A DNA stretch of 64,000 nt. Origin: a phage. This document shows positions 57,123-64,000 of the stretch, piece by piece. Location: the sequence record PX092659.1. One strand, written 5' to 3'. Position numbers and translations under genes: made by a program. How positions within the stretch are numbered: the stretch's first letter is position 1; each line of letters opens with the position of its first letter. The notes under the pieces are model-generated. The model was not told where the DNA came from and did not search any database. It was given only the letters and a program-made list of their open reading frames with translations.

Positions 57123-59453
57123 ATGAGCCATCGCATTGAAAAAGTAATTAAACGTGACGGTACTGTAGAAGACTTTGCTCCTGAAAAACTCAATGGTTGG
57201 GCAGAGTATGGTTGCAAAACAGTTGATGTAAGTTGGTCAGCCATTACTATGGCTGCTCAAAAAACTCTACCTAAAGGGGTTGTAGATTCCGACACTCTGA
57301 TGGACGCATTAATTAAAGCTGCTGAAAGTCTTATCAAAGATAACCCAGCATACGATGTGCCAGCAAAGGAATTACGTCTTGCGCAAATGCGTAAGCGCCT
57401 TTATGACTCTTTCGAACCACCTTCTCTACGTTTCTTCCATGACCATATGGTTAGCGTAGGTGCATGGGAAGACATGAGTGCATGGATTACCGATGAGCAA
57501 TTTGAAGCTCTGAATCAGGTTATCGATCATGATCGTGACCGTCTTTTTACTAGTGGTGGACTGAAACAGTTCTTTGATAAGTATTCCCGTCGTAACATAG
57601 CCACTGGTGAAATTTATGAAACCCCGCAGTTTGCCTACATGGGTATGGCAATGGCGATGTTATCTCAACCTAACTGGACAATTCTAGATGCAATCGACCT
57701 CTACAACGCAATGTCGCTCCACAAAATCAACGTTCCTACGCCGCCACTGGTTGGTCTGCGCTCTAGTGACCGTGGATTTGCTAGTTGCTGCCTCGTGGAT
57801 TCCACTGACACGTTGGATTCAATCGACACCGCCGAGCACATCGTCTTCAAAATGGTCGCAGCCAGAGCGGGAATCGGGTATCATCTTGAAAGCCGATCAA
57901 TTGCTGATCCGGTGCGAAATGGGGCATTCCCGCATTCCGGAAAACTGCCATATTATAGACACATTGACCGCTCAGTAAAGGCCAATACTCAGCAAACTCG
58001 TGGGGGTTCTGCCACAGTGTCTTATCCATACTTCGACCCTGAAATCATTCAATTGATGCAGGTTAAGCAACAACGTGCTACAGATGAGAATAAAATCGAT
58101 AAGATGGATTATTCTCTGAGCTTCAACAATCTTTTGTTAAAACGTTATCTGAAAAATGAAGATATTACGCTAATGTCATACTTCTATGCTCCAGAAGTTC
58201 ATGAAGCGTTTTATAGTGATGACGAGGCTAAATTTGAAGAAATCTACGTGGCAGCGGAGAAACGTGTGGCATCTCTTACAAAGATCGACCACGAAGGAAA
58301 AACAGTTCCTGCAGCTCCTAAAGTCTCTGCAAAAGAAATCCTAGATACTTGGCTACGTATCCGAATGGAAACAGGACGTATGTATGCTCATCACATCGGG
58401 GAATCTAATCGTCACGGTAACTTCCTTGATCCGATCCGTATGACAAACCTTTGTGTTGAGATTACTCAGCCTACGCGCCCGTTCCATCATATCACAGAAC
58501 TGTATAAGACAAAAGAGCAGCTTGATCAAATGAAGCCGGAGGATATTGGTGAAGTATCTCTGTGTAACTTAGGTGGTGTTGTACTTGGGCGCATGGAATC
58601 TCTGGCTGAGTGGGAAAAAACTTGCTACATCCTTCTGAAATTCGTTGATACAATTATCGAAATTCAGGATTATCCGTTCCCAACTATGGAATATACGGCT
58701 AAGAAACGTCGTAATGTTGGTATTGGTCTAATGAACGCAGCAGGTGCAATGGCAGCAGAAGGTCTGGCTTATGAAGGTATTGAAGCCCGTAACTGGATTC
58801 ACCGTGAGGCTGAAAAACTGTCTTACTTCCTGCATAAAGCCTCTGTACGCCTAGCTAGAGAACAGGGCGCATGTGAGTGGTTTGATCGTACTAAACCATC
58901 TAAAGGAATTCTGGTAATCGACACGTACAAGAAAACTGTTGATGAACTGGTATCCGTAGGTCTAGAAATGGATTGGGAGTCTCTGCGTGCAGATATTCTG
59001 AAATACGGTATGCGTAACTCTGTTCTGACTGCTCAGATGCCGGGGGAAAGTTCCTCTGTTCTGTTAGGTGTTACTAACTCTATCGAACCGCCTCGTAAGA
59101 TTGTATCTATCAAGGGTAGTGCAGTAAATAAAGTAATTGCAATTGCTCCAGGTGCAACCGATTGGGAAACGTTAATGAGCTATAAATTGGCTTATGATGT
59201 AGATCGTATCGAGTGGATCAAATGGGTAGCAACTATGCAGAAATTCTTCAGTCAGTCTATCAGTACGAATATGTACTATGACTACACTAAGTTTGAGAAT
59301 GAAATCATTCCTGGCCCAGTAGTAGTTCGTGATTTCATGACTGCTGTTAAGTATGGGTGGAAAACTTGGTATTATGCTAACTTCAATACCGCAAATGGTG
59401 GAGGTGCTGGAGAAGAAGCAGCCGGTTGTGCATCAGGTGGTTGTACTATTTAA
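57123..59453 (+). CDS. nrdA: ribonucleoside-diphosphate reductase large subunit
   Basis: 776 aa from ATG 57123 (SD AAAAAGGAAAG); N-terminal ATP-cone (HRIEKVIKRDGTVEDF), catalytic Cys regions, C-terminal Cys pair CASGGCTI. Confidence 0.9.
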   Translation: MSHRIEKVIKRDGTVEDFAPEKLNGWAEYGCKTVDVSWSAITMAAQKTLPKGVVDSDTLMDALIKAAESLIKDNPAYDVPAKELRLAQMRKRLYDSFEPPSLRFFHDHMVSVGAWEDMSAWITDEQFEALNQVIDHDRDRLFTSGGLKQFFDKYSRRNIATGEIYETPQFAYMGMAMAMLSQPNWTILDAIDLYNAMSLHKINVPTPPLVGLRSSDRGFASCCLVDSTDTLDSIDTAEHIVFKMVAARAGIGYHLESRSIADPVRNGAFPHSGKLPYYRHIDRSVKANTQQTRGGSATVSYPYFDPEIIQLMQVKQQRATDENKIDKMDYSLSFNNLLLKRYLKNEDITLMSYFYAPEVHEAFYSDDEAKFEEIYVAAEKRVASLTKIDHEGKTVPAAPKVSAKEILDTWLRIRMETGRMYAHHIGESNRHGNFLDPIRMTNLCVEITQPTRPFHHITELYKTKEQLDQMKPEDIGEVSLCNLGGVVLGRMESLAEWEKTCYILLKFVDTIIEIQDYPFPTMEYTAKKRRNVGIGLMNAAGAMAAEGLAYEGIEARNWIHREAEKLSYFLHKASVRLAREQGACEWFDRTKPSKGILVIDTYKKTVDELVSVGLEMDWESLRADILKYGMRNSVLTAQMPGESSSVLLGVTNSIEPPRKIVSIKGSAVNKVIAIAPGATDWETLMSYKLAYDVDRIEWIKWVATMQKFFSQSISTNMYYDYTKFENEIIPGPVVVRDFMTAVKYGWKTWYYANFNTANGGGAGEEAAGCASGGCTI

Positions 59454-59462
59454 TAAAAACAA

Positions 59463-59489
59463 GGAGATCTTCGGGTCTCCTTTTTCTTT
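59463..59489 (+). terminator. intrinsic terminator after nrdA
   Basis: GGAGATC-TTCG-GGTCTCC hairpin followed by TTTTTCTTT. Confidence 0.75.
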
Positions 59490-59499
59490 GAAATTTTAC

Positions 59500-59528
59500 T
59501 TGCTAATCGCTACCAGATTTGCTATAAT
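59500..59528 (+). promoter_or_regulatory. T5-type promoter upstream of HNH gene and nrdB
   Basis: TTGCTA(59500-59505)-17 bp-TATAAT(59523-59528) with TG extended -10. Confidence 0.7.
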
Positions 59529-59554
59529 ATCTCCATTAGTTAAGGAGATTAGTT

Positions 59555-60070
59555 TTGATAACACAAGATGAATTAAAAAGGATTCTGGAGTATAATCCAG
59601 ATGAAGGAACATTTACTTGGTTAAATAACCAAGAAGTACACAATAAAGTAAGAGGATTACCTGCTGGCTGTTTAAAACCACACTCAGTAGACCCTAACCG
59701 AAAAGACTTAGTGATACAAATCAAGGGCAAGAAGTACCCTGCACAAAATATTGCCTTCCTGTACATGACAGGAAACTTACCTAAAGTTATGGTTGACCAT
59801 ATAGATGGAGATTCACTAAACTATAAGTGGACTAATCTAAGAGAAGCAGACTGGCAATTAAATAGTCAAAATAGAAAAACCAGTAAAAACAATATATTGG
59901 GTACTAAGAATATTCGGAAGAAAGGGTCTGGATTTCAAGTTAGAAAATCCATTAACGGAAAAGAATATGTGAAAACTCTTCCAACTCTAGAAGAGGCAAT
60001 AGAGTATCGAGATTCTTTAATCCTCTCTATAACCAAAGATCCAACACTACTTAGAAACACAGATAAATAG
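59555..60070 (+). CDS. HNH homing endonuclease with AP2-like domain, between nrdA and nrdB
   Basis: 171 aa; TTG start with SD TAAGGAG; HNH core AQNIAFLYMTGNLPKVMVDHIDGDSLNYKWTN; paralog of 30142..30618 (both begin MITQD.LK). Confidence 0.8.
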   Translation: MITQDELKRILEYNPDEGTFTWLNNQEVHNKVRGLPAGCLKPHSVDPNRKDLVIQIKGKKYPAQNIAFLYMTGNLPKVMVDHIDGDSLNYKWTNLREADWQLNSQNRKTSKNNILGTKNIRKKGSGFQVRKSINGKEYVKTLPTLEEAIEYRDSLILSITKDPTLLRNTDK

Positions 60071-60078
60071 GAGAACTA

Positions 60079-61224
60079 ATGACAACTTTACTTAACTTAA
60101 ACTGGGATCATACCAATAAAGATCTATTTCTCGGTGATTCTCTTGGTATTGCAGATTATGTACGAGTAGCCCATCCAGAGCTGGAAAGGCTGGCGTTATT
60201 AGCTCGCTCTCAATTTTGGACTGAAACTGAAATCAGTCTGGAAGCAGATAAGAAACAATGGCCTAATCTCCCACGAGAAATTCAGGAAATTACACTCCTG
60301 AACTTAGCATGGCAGACTCAAACTGATTCCTTTATCAGTCGTGCCCCTGAAGCAGCTATTATGCCACTTGTAAGTCGTCCAGAATTGGAAGGTATGCTCA
60401 AACAGTGGAGCTATTTTGAAGACTTGCATAGTCGTGCTTATAGCAATATTATTCGTAATGTGCTGACTGATCCAGCAGAATTTATTGATTCTGTAACCAA
60501 AAACCAAGAAGCATTCGCGCGCATCGCTGATTCTGTTGAACTATTCGATGAACTGTACCAGTTAGGTCAGTATTTCATCGCAGTACGCGATCATCGTGGC
60601 GACAATACATACCCAGAAACGGAGTTTCCTGAAGTTAAACGTGAAACTCAGGCTAAACTATTAGATGCTTACTTTGCTATCTATGGTCTGGAAGCAATGC
60701 AGTTTTACGCATCCTTTGCATGTACCTTTGCATTAGCAGAGAACGATATTCTGCAAGGTATTGCTAAAAATCTGCAATTAATCGCTAAAGATGAAGCTCT
60801 GCACACTCAGATGTCCAAAGCAATCATCCAGATTATGTTCCAGCAGTTTGACAAAGACCTAGTAGATGAAGCAGTGGCTAAAGCACCAGCACAGCTCCTG
60901 AAAACCCTGAAAACTGAAATTGAATGGGGTCATTTCATTTTCAAAGGTCGTAGTCTGATTGGCTTGAATGCAGAACTTCTAGAAGAATATCTGTACTTTG
61001 TGGGGCGTAATGCATTTATGCACATCGGTGTAGAATGGCCTAGTCATTTACCAGTAATCACCAAAAACCCTATTCCGTGGATTATGAACTGGTTGGATAC
61101 TACTTCTCTACAGCCTGCTCCACAAGAAATTCAGATTGGTGCAGCCTACCGTGTAGGTCAGGTAACTGAGACCTCTACTGATACTCTGAAAGATCTGGGT
61201 AATGAATTTGGAGATTTCTTATGA
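60079..61224 (+). CDS. nrdB: ribonucleoside-diphosphate reductase small subunit
   Basis: 381 aa; di-iron ligand motifs (FEDLHSRAY, EALHTQ) and ferritin-like fold signature. Confidence 0.9.
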   Translation: MTTLLNLNWDHTNKDLFLGDSLGIADYVRVAHPELERLALLARSQFWTETEISLEADKKQWPNLPREIQEITLLNLAWQTQTDSFISRAPEAAIMPLVSRPELEGMLKQWSYFEDLHSRAYSNIIRNVLTDPAEFIDSVTKNQEAFARIADSVELFDELYQLGQYFIAVRDHRGDNTYPETEFPEVKRETQAKLLDAYFAIYGLEAMQFYASFACTFALAENDILQGIAKNLQLIAKDEALHTQMSKAIIQIMFQQFDKDLVDEAVAKAPAQLLKTLKTEIEWGHFIFKGRSLIGLNAELLEEYLYFVGRNAFMHIGVEWPSHLPVITKNPIPWIMNWLDTTSLQPAPQEIQIGAAYRVGQVTETSTDTLKDLGNEFGDFL

Positions 61225-61754
61225 TTACAGCAATGTATGCAGTTGGGCCGAATGGGGAGTTCGGCCTCCGAGGTAAACTTCCCTGGGGTTCCTTCAAAGA
61301 AGAACTAGATGCTTTCTATTCTCAACTGGACGTGTTGAATCCAGATAACATCATCATTGGTGCGGGTACTTATTTAGCTCTTCCATACGCCGTTAGAGAA
61401 CGTATGATTGGAGCTTCTGACCTATTTATTCGTGCTGATCGTCCACTGCCAGACGATATTACACATGATATTTACACTCCAATTTCTAAGATTGGGGATG
61501 CTTTACCTACATTTCTGAAAGATCAGCAGACAGTAGTTCTAGGTGGGGCTAACCTTCTTCTAGAAATGTATATTCATGGACATATTGAAAGTGCTTTTGT
61601 ATCTACAATCTTTAGTGATCAAAAACTAGAGGCAGATACACACCTAGATAGTATGATACTGGATTATAACTATGAATCCACTCGATTAGTCTATGCAGTT
61701 GGCGCAAACAGTGATAACAGCCTGCGATTTGTACAGGAATTGGTTACTTATTAA
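61221..61754 (+). CDS. dihydrofolate reductase-like protein
   Basis: 177 aa; N-terminal ITAMYAVGPNGEFGLRGKLPW resembles DHFR start; located between nrdB and thyA; ATGA overlap with nrdB. Confidence 0.6.
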   Translation: MITAMYAVGPNGEFGLRGKLPWGSFKEELDAFYSQLDVLNPDNIIIGAGTYLALPYAVRERMIGASDLFIRADRPLPDDITHDIYTPISKIGDALPTFLKDQQTVVLGGANLLLEMYIHGHIESAFVSTIFSDQKLEADTHLDSMILDYNYESTRLVYAVGANSDNSLRFVQELVTY

Positions 61755-62593
61755 TGCAACAATACTTAAAAATTTTGACAGATGTAATTTTACTAGGTGA
61801 ACCCCGTAATGACCGTACAGGAACAGGCACAGTTTCAATTTTTGATTCTTACGCTAAATTCGATCTACGTGACGGGTTTCCTGCTGTCACTACCAAACGT
61901 CTAGCTTGGAAATCAGTAGTAGGAGAACTTTTATGGTTCTTGTCTGGTTCTACAAATCTTCATGATCTACGTGTATTCACATTTGGTCGTGACGAAGGAC
62001 AGTGGACCATCTGGACTCCAAATTATGAAGACCAAGCTATAAGTATGGGTTATGATAAGGGTAATCTAGGACCAGTATATGGTAAACAGTGGCGTAACTT
62101 TGGTGGGCGAGATCAGATTCTAGAACTCATTGAGGGACTCAAAAATAACCCGCATGGCCGTAGACACCTAGTATCTGCATGGAACGTAGCTGAACTGGAC
62201 AAGATGGCATTACCACCATGTCACTATGGTTTCCAATGTTACATAAGTAATGATGGATACTTAGATCTTAAATGGACACAACGCTCTGTGGATTGTTTCC
62301 TCGGTTTACCTTTCAATATTGCTAGTTATGCTTTATTAACGCATATATTAGCAAAACTGACAGGATTAAAACCTCGTTATCTTATCTTTAGTGGCGGTGA
62401 TACTCATATCTATAATGACCACATGGAACAGGTAGAAGAACAGGTAAAACGTAAACCTCGTCCTTTACCGACTCTAGTAATGCCAGAATTTGTAGATCTT
62501 TACGACTTACTAGAAAATAATACGGCAGCTTGGTCATTCCATTTAGAGGGGTACGATCCTCATCCAGCTCTTAAAGCTAAAATGTCCTCTTAA
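61754..62593 (+). CDS. thyA: thymidylate synthase
   Basis: 279 aa; active-site LPPCH, RRHLVSAWN, DxxxHxYxN-like motifs. Confidence 0.92.
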   Translation: MQQYLKILTDVILLGEPRNDRTGTGTVSIFDSYAKFDLRDGFPAVTTKRLAWKSVVGELLWFLSGSTNLHDLRVFTFGRDEGQWTIWTPNYEDQAISMGYDKGNLGPVYGKQWRNFGGRDQILELIEGLKNNPHGRRHLVSAWNVAELDKMALPPCHYGFQCYISNDGYLDLKWTQRSVDCFLGLPFNIASYALLTHILAKLTGLKPRYLIFSGGDTHIYNDHMEQVEEQVKRKPRPLPTLVMPEFVDLYDLLENNTAAWSFHLEGYDPHPALKAKMSS

Positions 62594-62597
62594 ATTA

Positions 62598-62630
62598 AAT
62601 AGCCCTTCGGGGCTATTATATTTAAATTTC
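62598..62630 (+). terminator. intrinsic terminator after thyA
   Basis: TAGCCC-TTCG-GGGCTA hairpin followed by T-rich tract. Confidence 0.7.
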
Positions 62631-62632
62631 AT

Positions 62633-62661
62633 TTGCTTATTTAGTGAAATTTAAATATAAT
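62633..62661 (+). promoter_or_regulatory. T5-type promoter
   Basis: TTGCTT(62633-62638)-17 bp-TATAAT(62656-62661), SD GGAGG before ATG 62687. Confidence 0.7.
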
Positions 62662-62686
62662 ATATTTTATAAATTGGAGGTATACA

Positions 62687-62968
62687 ATGATTTCAGCCAA
62701 AGAAGCCCAAGAACTTGCAGGATTAACAGAAGTACCCGCATTTCTAAAGTTTATAGAAGAAAAGATTGTAGAAGCTGCTAAGTCTGGAAATACAGAAGTA
62801 ATTATTCGAGATAATCCTTACGCTAGGTGGCTATATAATCCTAGAGAAATGCCAGGAGCCGCTAAATCGGTACTAAAAACCTTATCGGATAAGGGGTATC
62901 ATCACTCACAATACTACCGAGAAGCCGCCTTTGTAGACATGGGTCTTAAAATTAGTTGGGGGGTATAA
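62687..62968 (+). CDS. hypothetical protein
   Basis: 93 aa, good SD, stop overlaps RNase H start. Confidence 0.45.
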   Translation: MISAKEAQELAGLTEVPAFLKFIEEKIVEAAKSGNTEVIIRDNPYARWLYNPREMPGAAKSVLKTLSDKGYHHSQYYREAAFVDMGLKISWGV

Positions 62969-63444
62969 TGTCGGTTTTCCACATTTACACAGATGGTGCT
63001 TGTAAGTCTAATCCGGGTCCAGGTGCTTGGGGTTTTATTGTCTATGATGATAACGACGATCGTTTAGGTTCTAAATCTGGTTATAATCCTAAAACTACAA
63101 ATAATGAGATGGAACTCACAGCTATTGTAGAAGCTCTACGTTGGTCTGTTAAAAAAGATAATAGACCAATTGCTATCTATACTGACTCTGCTTATTGCAA
63201 AAATGGTATGGAAAGTTGGATGTTTTCTTGGCAAAGGAAAGGCTGGAAGAAAGCAGATGGTGAAGTTCCTCTTAATCTAGAACTTTGGCAGGAAGCATTT
63301 AAATTAACACAGCAGTATATCAACTTTCATAATACTAACCCTACTTTTATTAAGGTTAAAGGACATTCTGGTATTAGTGGTAATGAAGCTGTAGACGCCT
63401 TATGTAACACAGTTATTACTGAAGCTGAAATGGCTGAGATGTAA
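62968..63444 (+). CDS. rnh: ribonuclease H
   Basis: RNase H catalytic motifs HIYTDGACKSNPGPGAWG (Asp), NNEMELTA (Glu), IYTDSAY (Asp), GHSGISGNEAVD; ATG 62968 (track starts at TTG 62956). Confidence 0.85.
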   Translation: MSVFHIYTDGACKSNPGPGAWGFIVYDDNDDRLGSKSGYNPKTTNNEMELTAIVEALRWSVKKDNRPIAIYTDSAYCKNGMESWMFSWQRKGWKKADGEVPLNLELWQEAFKLTQQYINFHNTNPTFIKVKGHSGISGNEAVDALCNTVITEAEMAEM

Positions 63445-63464
63445 TAAATAAATTAAAAATTCTC

Positions 63465-63493
63465 TTGCTTAAAGCCCTCTAATTTAGTATAAT
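63465..63493 (+). promoter_or_regulatory. T5-type promoter flanked by inverted repeat
   Basis: TTGCTT(63465-63470)-17 bp-TATAAT(63488-63493); AAAGCCCT (63471-63478) and AGGGCTTT (63512-63519) flank the -10 and SD. Confidence 0.65.
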
Positions 63494-63520
63494 ATTCGTA
63501 TTGAAAGTGAGGAGGGCTTT

Positions 63521-63799
63521 ATGCGGATTTATAACTTAAATTCATTAGGATTTAAACCATTGAGAAAACGTGCACAATCACCTCGTCAAATAAGAAAGGC
63601 TAATATTGGTGAGCCAGAAACACGTCTTCCACCTCCTCCAGAACAACGTTTAGTTTATCTGGATGAAGAATTAGCCGAACGCGAAAGAAAAGCTCAAGAA
63701 GAGATTGAGCGTAAGAAAATGTGTACTGCTCCAGCATATAATAAAGGAGCGTATCAATATGTTTCCGATGCAGAACAAGCCAAGATGGTTGGTAGATAA
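63521..63799 (+). CDS. hypothetical protein
   Basis: 92 aa; SD GAGGAGG; Pro-rich centre, charged helical segment. Confidence 0.4.
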   Translation: MRIYNLNSLGFKPLRKRAQSPRQIRKANIGEPETRLPPPPEQRLVYLDEELAERERKAQEEIERKKMCTAPAYNKGAYQYVSDAEQAKMVGR

Positions 63800-63815
63800 T
63801 TTTTAAAAAATTCAT

Positions 63816-63844
63816 TTGCTAAACGCTTCAAATTCTTGTATAAT
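63816..63844 (+). promoter_or_regulatory. T5-type promoter
   Basis: TTGCTA(63816-63821)-17 bp-TATAAT(63839-63844) then ATAAATTGA start region. Confidence 0.65.
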
Positions 63845-63882
63845 ATACTTCATAAATTGATAAACAAAAAGGAAAACAAATA

Positions 63883-64000
63883 ATGGCTAAGCAGAAAAAC
63901 GCAAAAACTCAAGCAGCTACTACAGTTAAAACTTTCCCGCAGACTGAGGCTAACCGCAAAGCTCGTCTGGAACGCCACCTGCGCAAGCACCCTACTGATG
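63883..64000 (+). CDS. hypothetical protein, 3'-truncated by window end
   Basis: ATG 63883 after SD AAAAAGGAAAAC; open to window end (MAKQKNAKTQAATTVKTFPQ...), E. coli-optimal codons. Confidence 0.3.
   Translation, partial: MAKQKNAKTQAATTVKTFPQTEANRKARLERHLRKHPTD

Overview
This window reads as a contiguous segment of a T5-like lytic siphophage genome (Demerecviridae; the two L-shaped tail-fibre genes suggest a DT57C-like member), based on gene order, protein sizes and motifs read directly from the six-frame track. No database search was run, so all family assignments are from motif and synteny recognition. Positions 1-25496 are the late structural module on the + strand: large terminase, portal, Ig-like decoration protein, prohead protease, major capsid, neck proteins, tail tube, chaperone-position ORFs, tape measure, pb9/pb3/pb4-like baseplate proteins, collar and two tail-fibre genes. 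Positions 25558-55708 are the early replication and recombination module on the - strand: dUTPase, flap endonuclease, SbcCD-like nuclease, D10-like helicase, family A DNA polymerase, primase, DnaB-like helicase, a two-gene NAD-dependent ligase, origin-binding-protein-like ATPase, a cluster of small early genes with a Sir2-like protein, and nrdD. Positions 55903-64000 are + strand nucleotide-metabolism genes: phoH, nrdA, nrdB, a DHFR-like gene, thyA and RNase H. Nine free-standing endonuclease genes (six HNH, three zinc-ribbon T5orf172/GIY-YIG-like) sit at junctions between conserved genes. Intergenic regions carry T5-type promoters (TTGCTT-like -35, 17-bp spacer, TATAAT, ATAAATTTGAGAG start region) and UUCG-tetraloop intrinsic terminators. 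No tRNA, rRNA, CRISPR array or integrase was found. I found no single obviously novel system; the most unusual loci are a roughly 600-bp promoter-driven noncoding region with decamer repeats next to the origin-binding gene, the early small-gene cluster with a zinc-ribbon-less Sir2-like protein and tandem paralogs, and the mosaic tail-fibre receptor-binding modules.
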